Below are positions 8,886-18,646 of a stretch of 64,000 bases of DNA, piece after piece (the stretch's first letter is position 1; each line of letters begins with the position of its first letter). The position numbers were made by a program, and so were the translations under genes. Where the stretch lies: the IMG/VR virus record IMGVR_UViG_3300048597_000133, positions 1 to 64,000 of that record, one strand, 5' to 3'. This DNA comes from a virus. The notes under the pieces are model-generated. The model saw only the letters and a list, made by a program, of their open reading frames with translations, searched no databases and was not told the origin of the DNA.

Positions 8886-11345
8886 TTATGCAAAGACGGC
8901 GTCCCAGTCAATAGCTTCAGTGTTAAATAACCCTTTAGCATAGTTAGAAACGTGAGCAGCAAAGAAATCAGTGCTGGCTTCGCCGCCGGTCATCAAATAA
9001 AACCAGCGTTCAATCTGCCGAGCTGCTTCTTTATCAACGTCAAAGATAGGCTCTAAACCTAGCTCTTCTAACTTTTGATTTGTACGCTGTTCGATGAACG
9101 ACTTAACGATGTGGGCGTTTAGCCCGGGCAACTCATGGTTATCAAAGACCATATCAATGAAGTTATATTCCAACTCCACTACAGTGCGCGCCGCATCGTA
9201 CAAGGTGTTGTTCAAGCGCTCATTGTTTAACGAGGGGAACTCTGAACGTAGTTGTCTAAATAGCCAGCACCCAGCATTACTGTGCATACAGTTGCCGGAT
9301 ATCATCACTGACTCTTTATACCTGGTGATCAAAGTCCCTTTATCCACAGTCGCGCAGTAGACATAACCTGAGTAGGTCTTAGTGTCTTTGGTGCCACACC
9401 TGGTATTCTTCCAAGCTTTGTTATCCCAAATCTTTAAACCATGACTATAACCACGAAGGGGATTAGGATAATATTCCGCTGCCCTACCAGATAAGACACA
9501 AAGAACTTGCACCATATCTGAAGCTTCTTTGTTGTTAGTGTAGAATACCTCACAAGTCCTATTAGCCGGTCTACCACGACGCCAGAATCGCAATTCCATA
9601 AGGAACTGGTCTATCCAACTTTGTGTGCAATGGGTCAACACTATCCATTTATAGCCAGCAGGCTTTAAATGACAGTCTTGTATTTTGGCTTGGAAATTGA
9701 CGCTATAAGGATTGTCCCTGACTACTGTGCAGATACCTTCTACTTCGTATAAAGCAGACACGAGCTTGTGCATCTCATCAATCTTGTGTTGTTCTCTCCT
9801 CTTAGAGAAAGTAACAGTGAGTGTATAAAGACCATCTTCATCAGGCATATCTACCCGACCACCAATGAACTCTGTGATTAAATAGAGTCGTTCAAGGGGT
9901 GTCATAGAAATCTTATTGCCTTGTAGCTTATACCCGGCAATAGGTATTTCATATTTGTTTTGTAAGTTAAGGTCGATAGCCTTAATTTTGTGGGTGCATT
10001 TTTTATTAAGATTGCGGACTACCATGTCATGGTCTTTGGTAACCCGACACTTGACAGCAGCTTTACGCTTTCCACCAAGCTCTACCATCACACCTGAGTA
10101 GCGCTTCTTAATGATTTGCTGTGGTCTTACATAGCTAATCTCTTGGGTTTCCATGTCGTATTGAGCCAAAAGACAATGCTGCGGCAGCGAATCAAACCGG
10201 ACCCAGCCTATATCAGTTAACACTTCGGTGTCTGGAGTATGACATTCATCACGCACGCTATAAGCAATCACCTCAGATACGCCTTTGAGCATGTTCTCTG
10301 ATGGTAGTTCCAAGTAGTTGCCTTTAAGACCGTACTTGTCTGTGATATCTTTGCCTCCAGCTCGGTCTAATTCTTTGATTAATCCCCGAGCAGAGAAGTA
10401 TAGTAGGACAGCAAAGTTTGCATAGAGGCTAACCCCTTCAGCAAAAGCAGAGTATACAGCTAGAGATACAGCTCTGTCTTCTAACGAGTCACTGCGGACA
10501 TTAATAAGATTTTCTATCTTGGCGGCTGCACTAGGTTCTCTTAAGAAGGCATCATGCTCTTCTAGGTTTAGTGTCTCATTCAGGTAGTTATAAGACTTGC
10601 TATGGATACTATTACCAGTGATAGTAATCTTACCGTTACGTCTGCACACTACAGTAGTATCTGGCATAGACACACAGTAGACGTATCCATTGTATTGCCG
10701 CTTAATGGGGCGCGGTAGGTGGCTAAACTCTATCAACTCATCTATTTGGATTGTAGTTAGTAGACTGCCAGTGTCAGTGCGCTCTAATAAATCCCCAGCT
10801 TTGATTTTATCTAAATCCCCGTTAGCTAAAATCACTAACATGTCATGGTTAGGTGTTACACATACATCAATGTGCTCACCTAAGAAATGGACCATGTCGC
10901 CCGTGTAACGACGCTTAATGACCTTCTCGGGCTCAGCATAACTAATAGTGCAGGTCTTCATATCCATCTGAGCTACCTTGTGTTCTTCTGTAATATCTGG
11001 GCAAGGTACCCAACCTTCAGTAGTCAATAGCTCAGTCTCAGCGTCGAAGCATTCCATACCTGCAAAGGTAAACGCCATCAGGCTAATTTCCGGCTTAGGA
11101 AACCACTGAGCCACCTTCTGTGCCCAGTAGTTACCGATATACAATTCCATCTGCGTAAAGCCGAGTAGCGTGCCGCTGATTATCTTTTTTTCCTCTTCGG
11201 TCAGCTTAGTCTCCCAATCATGCACAGAGCTTGTCATTACACACTGTGACCACAGCCAATGAGACTGTTGTTGCTTTACAAAGTACTCATGTGCCTCTGG
11301 GTATTCAAAAGGCTGATACGACTTTCTTGGTGTGATTAACGTCAT
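8886..11345 (-). CDS. nrdB: Class I ribonucleotide reductase beta subunit with two inteins (354 aa after splicing)
   Basis: PFEYP..HW, FTQME, E|SIHSKSY (ExxH plus radical Tyr), EGVSL..F, RDE|CMH, DFF..NY. Confidence 0.95.
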   Translation of the reverse strand: MTLITPRKSYQPFEYPEAHEYFVKQQQSHWLWSQCVMTSSVHDWETKLTEEEKKIISGTLLGFTQMELYIGNYWAQKVAQWFPKPEISLMAFTFAGMECFDAETELLTTEGWVPCPDITEEHKVAQMDMKTCTISYAEPEKVIKRRYTGDMVHFLGEHIDVCVTPNHDMLVILANGDLDKIKAGDLLERTDTGSLLTTIQIDELIEFSHLPRPIKRQYNGYVYCVSMPDTTVVCRRNGKITITGNSIHSKSYNYLNETLNLEEHDAFLREPSAAAKIENLINVRSDSLEDRAVSLAVYSAFAEGVSLYANFAVLLYFSARGLIKELDRAGGKDITDKYGLKGNYLELPSENMLKGVSEVIAYSVRDECHTPDTEVLTDIGWVRFDSLPQHCLLAQYDMETQEISYVRPQQIIKKRYSGVMVELGGKRKAAVKCRVTKDHDMVVRNLNKKCTHKIKAIDLNLQNKYEIPIAGYKLQGNKISMTPLERLYLITEFIGGRVDMPDEDGLYTLTVTFSKRREQHKIDEMHKLVSALYEVEGICTVVRDNPYSVNFQAKIQDCHLKPAGYKWIVLTHCTQSWIDQFLMELRFWRRGRPANRTCEVFYTNNKEASDMVQVLCVLSGRAAEYYPNPLRGYSHGLKIWDNKAWKNTRCGTKDTKTYSGYVYCATVDKGTLITRYKESVMISGNCMHSNAGCWLFRQLRSEFPSLNNERLNNTLYDAARTVVELEYNFIDMVFDNHELPGLNAHIVKSFIEQRTNQKLEELGLEPIFDVDKEAARQIERWFYLMTGGEASTDFFAAHVSNYAKGLFNTEAIDWDAVFA
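9291..10244 (-). mobile_element. nrdB intein 2 (318 aa, probable degenerate endonuclease domain) in the second ExxH motif
   Basis: CHTPDTEVLT..VTKDHDM..FLMELRFW..VQVLCVLSG..VYC..ISGN then Cys. Confidence 0.92.
10611..11051 (-). mobile_element. nrdB intein 1 (147-aa mini-intein) in the first ExxH motif
   Basis: CFDAETELLT..VTPNHDM..VYC..ITGN then Ser. Confidence 0.92.
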
Positions 11346-11560
11346 AATTTATCGGTGTTGGAATGGTCCCTGTTAGGGACGTGATTTTACCTTAGCCTTT
11401 TTGTAGACTCTCTTAAACATAAGAGAACCTTAAGAAATTATTAAGCTTTTTATTGTGTAATAAACTACAATATCACAACAAAACCAAGGCATAAGAATAA
11501 AACTCTCAAGCCTTGTTATGTATAGTGTATAGACCGCTCCACCGTATAAATAAAGCGCTA

Positions 11561-12295
11561 CTATTTGGTCTGGGAAAGTAGTTTATTTACTCCAGTATCC
11601 TTAAATCTAGCTAATATTAAAGCTTGTTTTTCAGGTAACTCTTGAAGTAGTATCTCTCTGACTATGTCTTTTACTTGTTGTAGCTCTTGCTGGGCGGTAT
11701 AACGAGCTTGGAAGCCTTCAACATTTTTAAGTAGTTGTCGGAGTTCAGCTATATACCGGACATGGTTCTCAGGGTCATTCTCTAGTTTAGCAAGCATTCT
11801 ATATATGAGGGTGCCCATCTCTTCCCAATGCCCTACAAAGTCCATAATGGACCTATTACGCTCCTTGACCTTTTCTAAAGGGGTCATCTGGTCATATAAG
11901 CGGCAGAACTTAGATATGGAACGCTCCGACAAAGAATAACGCTCTGCTATTTCCCTGTAACTCCGGCGCTCTATATTCCTCAGACGTATAATCTCCGACC
12001 CAATACCTAGGTTAGCTATAACGCCACGCACGGACGAGCTGTTCGTATCGGCCTCAGCATTCAGACTCTTTAGGATTTCCTCGCCATCTTCACTGTTGTT
12101 GAGCATGTTAAACAGCGATTCTGCCCTGGATTTGACTATGGACACCTCGGCTCTATACTCTAACCCTACGTGCTCATAGAGCTTATCTAAGTCTTTAACT
12201 ACCTTTTCGAACTGTTCGATAATAGCTAAAGCTCTTTGAGCTACAGCAACTGCTTGGTTATCTGGGGTAGCTGGGGCGCCGCTGGTTGTGTACAT
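11561..12295 (-). CDS. HTH-containing protein
   Basis: RRSYREIAERYSLSERSISKF helix-turn-helix. Confidence 0.6.
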   Translation of the reverse strand: MYTTSGAPATPDNQAVAVAQRALAIIEQFEKVVKDLDKLYEHVGLEYRAEVSIVKSRAESLFNMLNNSEDGEEILKSLNAEADTNSSSVRGVIANLGIGSEIIRLRNIERRSYREIAERYSLSERSISKFCRLYDQMTPLEKVKERNRSIMDFVGHWEEMGTLIYRMLAKLENDPENHVRYIAELRQLLKNVEGFQARYTAQQELQQVKDIVREILLQELPEKQALILARFKDTGVNKLLSQTK

Positions 12296-12309
12296 ATCAA
12301 ATAAAGGGT

Positions 12310-12567
12310 TTAGTAATCTTCGCTGAGATATTCAGTAATATCATCAATAACACAGCTTTGGTTATTAATGGCGTTAACTAGTCTACAACTGGTAGCAAAG
12401 TTATCCGCTGTAATCTCTAGAACTTTTTCTAGAATATGACATAAGACCACCACTTCAGGATTACTAGTGCTAAACCTCAGATACCCTAAGGTATTATCAC
12501 AATCCTCTATGGTTTGAGCTACTTCTTGGATATACTGCTCTGCAGCAGCCGATTCTTGGGAGTCCAT
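12310..12567 (-). CDS. Hypothetical acidic protein
   Basis: ORF in a tightly packed operon. Confidence 0.6.
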   Translation of the reverse strand: MDSQESAAAEQYIQEVAQTIEDCDNTLGYLRFSTSNPEVVVLCHILEKVLEITADNFATSCRLVNAINNQSCVIDDITEYLSEDY

Positions 12568-12579
12568 AATCAGGTCCTA

Positions 12580-13254
12580 TTACGTCTTCTTACTACCTAA
12601 CTTAGAATCCAAGAGCTCTTTCACACCAGACGGCGTTAAGTGCCCTGAAGTCAATAGCAGCAACACAGAGTCTACAGACTTTAACCAAGCCCGCTTGACT
12701 AAGTAAACATTACTGTCCAACTGTTCAGCTATAAATTCCGCCCGCTCACTCACAGGCCACCACAATAACCAAAACAACAACCAGTCTTTAGGGTTAACAC
12801 TACGGTATAACTCCACAGCCTCTTTAATCTGACTATGTTGGTAAACTACCCTAGTTACTGGGTGCTCCCAGTTATGACCCAGAACAAACCCTTCTCTTAG
12901 GTACCGCATGAAAGCATTCCGTAATTTACGGGTTGAATCACGAATACCTTTAGCCCGTAATGGCGTTATTTGTTTAGTAGAAGGTATCAGGTCCTCTAAC
13001 TGCCGAGCATTATTCCTAATGGCTCTGCCTAACTTAGCAGGGTAATATAGCCGGATATAACTAATTTTCTTGTCTTCTTTGTTAATGCTGGCTTTTAACT
13101 TACCAAGTTGACCTAAGTCGGCCTCACCATTAGCTAATAGCTCGCTGAGTATACAGTCTGCTAGGGCATCTGCTATGACTTGACTGTCGTCTTTATTAAG
13201 TCCTAGCCGGCTTTGTAAATGGTAAGTCAGCTTGTCTATAATTTGCTGGGTCAT
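12580..13254 (-). CDS. Protein with an N-terminal HU/IHF-like domain
   Basis: LQSRLGLNKDDSQVIADALADCILSELLANGEADLGQLGKL matches the HU helix1-helix2-beta pattern. Confidence 0.55.
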   Translation of the reverse strand: MTQQIIDKLTYHLQSRLGLNKDDSQVIADALADCILSELLANGEADLGQLGKLKASINKEDKKISYIRLYYPAKLGRAIRNNARQLEDLIPSTKQITPLRAKGIRDSTRKLRNAFMRYLREGFVLGHNWEHPVTRVVYQHSQIKEAVELYRSVNPKDWLLFWLLWWPVSERAEFIAEQLDSNVYLVKRAWLKSVDSVLLLLTSGHLTPSGVKELLDSKLGSKKT

Positions 13255-14372
13255 TCTAACTTCAGCATATGTTTAACTTCATCTTTGACATAATCCACAT
13301 ATCTAGGATGACATAGTTGTAAGTAAGGGCAGACTGACGTGACTTGTTTGCTTTTCCAGTCTCTTTTAATACAGGGTGTGCCGTACTCTGTGGGCATCTT
13401 AGTAGGCCAGCAGTTATTCTCATGGGCTAAATTAATAGCCTTCTGGATATCTTGGAAATGTGTAAAGGTGTCATATACGACCTTTAAGTCCACAGCGGCT
13501 ACCACTACCTCACCACTAGGTAAATGATTGATTGCTATGTAGTCAGGCGGCTTTCCTGTATCTTCGGTCCATAAGTAGGCGTACATATTTAGTTGACTGT
13601 GAAAAGCAACATCTAGACCAGAGGGTGTATCTTTACCAGTCTTATGGTCACTAATTACAGTGTGCCCATCTTTTGTTTTGTAACTGAAGTCTACGAACCA
13701 GGCCCATTCTTTATCAGTGTCCCAGGATATTTTCTTTTCTGATGTATATTCAATCCCTGTAATTTCTTCTACCCAGTCAGGGATATAGAAATTATAAAAG
13801 CAGGCTGCAGCTAAGCCGGCGGTATTACAAAGACTGATACGACGGAATTCTGGGTTAATCAAAGAGGCTAAATTGTCCAAAGCCATCTTAATCTCGTATA
13901 GCCCATGCCGTTCTATTTCGGCGCTCATTCTCTTAGGTGGGAACTTAGCCGGGTCTTTGGGCACTGACCCGTCAGCATTACGAATAGCATCTGTACCTTT
14001 ATAAACACTGCTGGCTCTATGAAGTAAATACCCGTAGACTTTAGCGTACTTAGTGAGGCTATCTACGTCTATGAACTGCAAGCCATCTAAGTCTTTAGTG
14101 TTCATATGGATAGACTCTGTGCTGAACCCACAGCTTTCTACTAACCACTCAGGGATTAACATCTCTAAGATGTCATCTTTAGCACCGCCAGTTTTAAGGA
14201 ATTCCTCAACACAGTTATGAGCTAAAGTCCCTTTCAAGAAGTAGTCTTCTAACGGTACGTAAAGCCCTTCAGGTTTATTGACATAGCGGTGGTAGAACTT
14301 AGCCGGGCACTCGGTAAAGGTAGAAAGTCTGCTGTAAGAAACTGTATTAGATAACTGTTTTGAGGAACTCAT
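13251..14372 (-). CDS. PD-(D/E)XK RecB-family exonuclease
   Basis: VSYSRL..CP, GTLAH, VD, ISDHKTG, QLNMYA, C-terminal Cys residues. Confidence 0.85.
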   Translation of the reverse strand: MSSSKQLSNTVSYSRLSTFTECPAKFYHRYVNKPEGLYVPLEDYFLKGTLAHNCVEEFLKTGGAKDDILEMLIPEWLVESCGFSTESIHMNTKDLDGLQFIDVDSLTKYAKVYGYLLHRASSVYKGTDAIRNADGSVPKDPAKFPPKRMSAEIERHGLYEIKMALDNLASLINPEFRRISLCNTAGLAAACFYNFYIPDWVEEITGIEYTSEKKISWDTDKEWAWFVDFSYKTKDGHTVISDHKTGKDTPSGLDVAFHSQLNMYAYLWTEDTGKPPDYIAINHLPSGEVVVAAVDLKVVYDTFTHFQDIQKAINLAHENNCWPTKMPTEYGTPCIKRDWKSKQVTSVCPYLQLCHPRYVDYVKDEVKHMLKLE

Positions 14373-14964
14373 TTGGTTGAGATATTCTTTTGAATTTTAG
14401 CTTAGGGTTTTCAATCCATTTTAACGTTATTAGGTCAGCTCTAACCAAACCACCGAATAGCACTCCCAAAGCATCGTACTCATGCTCCGTACCTCCTTTA
14501 AGGCGATTATTAAAATACTCCTTAGCGTATTCTTTAGTGCCTTTTAGATTTAAATGCTGTGACCATTCTTTAGCTCCGATGACTTCATAAGGGATTGATT
14601 GTTTATACAAAGCCATATGAACAGTCATCTCTGCTCGGAGTAAAGTACCGTAAGCAGACCTCCTACCCGGGTAAACTTGTTCAGTGAACACTGTAGTGGG
14701 TTTACCCTTGGCACAAGACGTTACAAAGGTCTCTAGTTGTATTAGTCGTTTGACTAACTGAGTAGAGCTAGAGCCGGATAGGAGGGTGGTGGTGTAGACG
14801 GTTAAATTTGGTATATCTAGCCAAGCCACCCCAGTATAACTAGAGCTTTGGTCTAACCCTAAGTAATAATTGCCTAGCGGCCTAGGTTTAGATTGGCGAG
14901 TGCTAGGTTTAGTGGACTTGGTGGATTTGCGCCGGGTTTTGGTTGGCGGTTTTGACAAAGTCAT
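14347..14964 (-). CDS. ruvC: RuvC-like Holliday junction resolvase
   Basis: YLGLDQSSSYTGVA, VFTE, HEYDALG. Confidence 0.75.
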   Translation of the reverse strand: MTLSKPPTKTRRKSTKSTKPSTRQSKPRPLGNYYLGLDQSSSYTGVAWLDIPNLTVYTTTLLSGSSSTQLVKRLIQLETFVTSCAKGKPTTVFTEQVYPGRRSAYGTLLRAEMTVHMALYKQSIPYEVIGAKEWSQHLNLKGTKEYAKEYFNNRLKGGTEHEYDALGVLFGGLVRADLITLKWIENPKLKFKRISQPNEFLKTVI

Positions 14965-15331
14965 TTAAAGCTGAAGTTCGATGTTCACTATAGTTTAGTA
15001 TTTCCTGCCAACAATTTATGTCATTGTTGTCTAACATCCGGCTAATACCCAAAACCCAGCGCCGAATTAAATCTAAAGACTCAACGTAACTCTTAGTGTT
15101 ACCTATACTTGGGTTTAGCTCTAACCATTCTTCATTGAGTCCAATCCAGAAACTAACCCACCATGGATTATAGTAGACATCCTCTGCACTGGTTACTGAC
15201 AATCTGATTAAGTCTCTGATTAGCCTGACTTCTATAGCTACTAACATCTCAGAATCAATAACAGAGTCTTCGCTGACTGACTCTGGTAGCCGTTGTTCTA
15301 AATATTCTAATTGGGTTTTGGCGGGTTCCAT
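14909..15331 (-). CDS. Hypothetical protein
   Basis: Overlapping operon ORF. Confidence 0.55.
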   Translation of the reverse strand: MEPAKTQLEYLEQRLPESVSEDSVIDSEMLVAIEVRLIRDLIRLSVTSAEDVYYNPWWVSFWIGLNEEWLELNPSIGNTKSYVESLDLIRRWVLGISRMLDNNDINCWQEILNYSEHRTSALNDFVKTANQNPAQIHQVH

Positions 15332-16209
15332 AAAGTTGGTGATAATTTGTGTTGATATTGTGTAGGGCTGCCATAGACGCTCATATGGGCTATATCACTT
15401 TGTTGCTTTAACCATGACTGAAACTCTTTAGGGTGTTTAGCTAATCCGAGTAACTCTACGGATGGTTTAGTAGTCTCATCCCAATAAGGCAGCTGTCTAA
15501 ATGTATGATTCCACCACTCTGGCGCCTTAGGAAGACTGCCGTCAAAGTAGTTAGTGATAGACCTTAAAGGCGCATCTAAAGTGGAAGACTCTAGGTCTAG
15601 GACCCGTAAACTAGGCAGTAAATCGTAGACGTTCTCTAAGATAAATAAATCTTCGTTATAAACCCCGTGTTGCCATAAGATACGACTAGCTCCCACATCT
15701 AGAACACCCCTGTTTTTTAGAAGGTCTAGTTGTGGGTATACTTTGCCATAGTGACTATCAATCATCCAATGACGTCGAATGGCTGTTGCGGCGGCTAATA
15801 CAGCACACTGAGAGCAATAATGTGAGGCTTTGCTAGACCGTAGATATTTATCGTTGAGATTCACATAAGGTATTGTGCATATCTTAGCTACAGTGTTAGC
15901 TGTGTCTAATTTATGTTTGGCTATGAATTTATGCGCCAGTAACCTTAATCGTCTTTGGATTAACTTCTGAGAGCCCTTAAAGTTAGCATTAAGTTCTTTA
16001 GGTGTGATAATGTCTAGCATCACATCAGGTGCCTTATGCTCTACTAAGGACTCTACATCTTTATCTTTGTAGCAAGACTGGTAGTGAGTGCAGCATTTCT
16101 TAAGGTCTGGGTCTAATCTTTTTGGTAACTGCATCCCTACTGCACACCATAAAGGGGCGGCAAAGTAGTTATTGGGCCAGTGAACGTGACAGTAGATGTA
16201 GTTCAACAT
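15307..16209 (-). CDS. Hypothetical protein
   Basis: 300-aa operon ORF. Confidence 0.6.
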   Translation of the reverse strand: MLNYIYCHVHWPNNYFAAPLWCAVGMQLPKRLDPDLKKCCTHYQSCYKDKDVESLVEHKAPDVMLDIITPKELNANFKGSQKLIQRRLRLLAHKFIAKHKLDTANTVAKICTIPYVNLNDKYLRSSKASHYCSQCAVLAAATAIRRHWMIDSHYGKVYPQLDLLKNRGVLDVGASRILWQHGVYNEDLFILENVYDLLPSLRVLDLESSTLDAPLRSITNYFDGSLPKAPEWWNHTFRQLPYWDETTKPSVELLGLAKHPKEFQSWLKQQSDIAHMSVYGSPTQYQHKLSPTLWNPPKPN

Positions 16210-17402
16210 AGCGGTAAGTCTGCTATGTATCTAGCCCAGTCACCTCTATATTGTTCACTTTGTTCCACGTATTGTTTTAGCAGCGCCACAGCCGAAGCAT
16301 CATAATTATCACCCCTTAGTAATTTCCATAGGTCTCCATGTTGTTTTGGCGTAGACCCGCCGGGTGATTGTAAAACTAACTCTACTGCCATAGTAGTTAA
16401 GGTCATAGCGTTATTAGCTAAGTAACGCTTAAACTCCACCAAATCCCAATCAATGGCCTTCATAAAGTCGTTGATGTCCTTTACACCGGACCAATTAGGC
16501 ACCATACAGCAGAATAGTTTAGTGTTTGGTAAGGCGCCGGCTAATTCCACTAAGTTAGGCAACATTTTAGACCAGCTTTTATACTGACCTGCATAATCAG
16601 ACCCCAAAGGGTATTTGTCCCTATCAAGGACTATGACTATATGACTCAGGTTTCTTAGCGCCCAAGCATGGTGGACTAGTGGGATATTCACTCCAAAGCA
16701 GGAAACTACGGGCTCCCCTAATGCTTTAAGACTAATACCATCAGTCACGCCCTCACATAAAATGACGTAGTCTTGTTCTTGGTATTTAACTTGGTCTAGA
16801 CCCCAAAGGTAATTATTGATAGCAGGTGTACCTTTAGAGTGCATCCAGCGAGGCTCTATCTCTGCTTTAGCTCGACCCGTTAAATGTACAACATGCCCAG
16901 TTAAGTCTTTGATAGCTGCTATATAACGGTTGTTGAAGCACCGGTATAAGTCGTGGTCTTGTAGTTGATTTGGGTGCCAGTAAGTGAAGTAATCAGTCAA
17001 ACTATGTTTGATGACCAGGTCTTCAGGAATACCTCGGCCATTCACTAGCCACTCTTGTACTTGACCTACATTATGTTTAGCTAATACCGTATCCCAGAGG
17101 ACGTCAAGCGCAGTAGGAGAAGAGGTAGTGTTAGTAGATTGGATATTAAAGGTGTCTGCAAGCCAGGATAAGGCTGATTTAAAGTTGTCAGCCCGTCCAC
17201 TTTTGATGACTAAATCAAATACAGAGCCTTGGCTATCACAGCGGTAACAACGAAAGTATTGGTCTCTGGTTACCTTAAAGCCGGTGGAAGAGCCACACCA
17301 AGGACAGGGGTCTCTCCTACCGGCATTTGTAATGTGAATTCCTAAATGTTCTGCTGCCCTTGATAAACTAACTTGTTCCTTTATCGTCTGGCTGAGATTC
17401 AT
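16203..17402 (-). CDS. dnaG: DnaG-like primase (Zn finger plus TOPRIM)
   Basis: CPWC..CYRC, RGI, ILCEGVTDGISL, DRD, KDINDF. Confidence 0.85.
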   Translation of the reverse strand: MNLSQTIKEQVSLSRAAEHLGIHITNAGRRDPCPWCGSSTGFKVTRDQYFRCYRCDSQGSVFDLVIKSGRADNFKSALSWLADTFNIQSTNTTSSPTALDVLWDTVLAKHNVGQVQEWLVNGRGIPEDLVIKHSLTDYFTYWHPNQLQDHDLYRCFNNRYIAAIKDLTGHVVHLTGRAKAEIEPRWMHSKGTPAINNYLWGLDQVKYQEQDYVILCEGVTDGISLKALGEPVVSCFGVNIPLVHHAWALRNLSHIVIVLDRDKYPLGSDYAGQYKSWSKMLPNLVELAGALPNTKLFCCMVPNWSGVKDINDFMKAIDWDLVEFKRYLANNAMTLTTMAVELVLQSPGGSTPKQHGDLWKLLRGDNYDASAVALLKQYVEQSEQYRGDWARYIADLPLC

Positions 17403-17535
17403 TAGAGTTAATGGTTGGTAATGGTGCTTGTTTTATTTGTTCCAGCGAAGCGTCAGAAGATAACCCAAGTTGTTTAGCTAAGCAAGGTATAACCCAATAT
17501 TCGTAGCTTTCTTTTAGCCTAGACCTAAGCGACAT
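17368..17535 (-). CDS. Small hypothetical protein (55 aa, below ORF-track cutoff)
   Basis: MSLRSRLKESYEYWVIPCLAKQLGLSSDASLEQIK..; fills the gap and overlaps both neighbours. Confidence 0.45.
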   Translation of the reverse strand: MSLRSRLKESYEYWVIPCLAKQLGLSSDASLEQIKQAPLPTINSNESQPDDKGTS

Positions 17536-17881
17536 TATATGACTCTTGGAGTAGATGGGCGGCTGATTCTAGTCGACCTTCGATTTCGAACCATTCGAAA
17601 TCATCTAAAGCACAAGCATAACCATGGGGACCAAATAAGATAGAATCCCCTTTAACCTGAGCCACGTACCAACGGCTAGGTAGAATACCGTTAAGTCGTT
17701 CTCTAGTGGTATTTGTTGACCAGCCTGCTAGGGAGTAAAAGACGTGACCAGTATCAGGGTCACGTTTAGCGATGCTATTACCGTGGAGCCAAACTGATTG
17801 CCCGTCCGTTTCAGTGTTTGACTTTTTCCATGGTGTATGATTACGCCAAGCGCTAGCTAGTTCACGGGTGATTTTTCTCAT
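17525..17881 (-). CDS. Phage hypothetical protein
   Basis: LHGNSIA..GWSTNTTRERLNGIL, a pattern recalled from phage proteins. Confidence 0.65.
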   Translation of the reverse strand: MRKITRELASAWRNHTPWKKSNTETDGQSVWLHGNSIAKRDPDTGHVFYSLAGWSTNTTRERLNGILPSRWYVAQVKGDSILFGPHGYACALDDFEWFEIEGRLESAAHLLQESYNVA

Positions 17882-17896
17882 AAGTAGTTTTGTTAA

Positions 17897-18646
17897 TTAG
17901 CTTTTGATAGCCTTTTTAGCTAACTCGAAGTAGCGCTCCCTTTCTGATAGACCATTAAGACCTCCATTGACTATCCGAGTGATGATTTTAACTGTGGCGC
18001 CGCTATCTGCTGTTTTATTAAGGTTATTTTGTTGCCAAAACCACCCGGCTGAGCAGAAGGGGTAATGTTCAGCGACGTATTTAGCACCCTGTAGGATGAC
18101 TTGTGGGTCTTTAATGTCATCAGAGAAGTGTTGGTAGTTATATCTACCGGTGAGCATTAAACCGCCCGACCCTTTAAATTTAGGACCGTCGCCTTTGCGA
18201 GTGTTACCTAACTTAAGATTTCCTTCATAGGCGTCACCGGAGGCTAATTCAACCCACCATTGACCGCCGCCGGTTTCATGAGCTACTTGAGATAAAAAGT
18301 GCCAAGCCCTGGGGCCTGGCACGATGTCATATTGTTTAAGGCAGCGGTTTAAGTCTGCTAAATGAGTTTTGCTTAGAGGTCTACCGAAGATATATTTGAT
18401 TTGGTCTGCCGATAACCAGTCTTGGGTTTGTACTTGATTGAAGCACCAGTCGAGGGAAGCTAAGGATTCATCGCCGTATTTATCTAGGTTGACTTCGTGA
18501 ACGCGGCGTTTGAATTGAGCCCATGCTAATTGAGTTTTAGGTCCGAAGATACCATCTATTGGTCCGGGGTCAATGCCAATTATCTTGAGTTTGTGTTGAA
18601 TATTACGAAGGAGGTTGGGTTGAGCGGAGGATAGAGGGAGCATCAT
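17897..18646 (-). CDS. Endolysin: peptidoglycan-binding domain plus GH19 domain
   Basis: IDGIFGPKT; FLSQVAHETGG, FKGSG..LTGRYNY, TRIVNGGLNGL..R. Confidence 0.9.
   Translation of the reverse strand: MMLPLSSAQPNLLRNIQHKLKIIGIDPGPIDGIFGPKTQLAWAQFKRRVHEVNLDKYGDESLASLDWCFNQVQTQDWLSADQIKYIFGRPLSKTHLADLNRCLKQYDIVPGPRAWHFLSQVAHETGGGQWWVELASGDAYEGNLKLGNTRKGDGPKFKGSGGLMLTGRYNYQHFSDDIKDPQVILQGAKYVAEHYPFCSAGWFWQQNNLNKTADSGATVKIITRIVNGGLNGLSERERYFELAKKAIKS

Noticed and set aside
6847-10908. Plus-strand ORFs antisense to nrdA/nrdB (and similar shadow ORFs elsewhere)
   Set aside because: They lie fully opposite well-supported genes and have no motifs.
11386-11402. Motif tttacctta(a)gcctttt shared with about 46322-46338
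   Set aside because: Only two AT-rich copies, both within short Lys-rich frames; probably chance.
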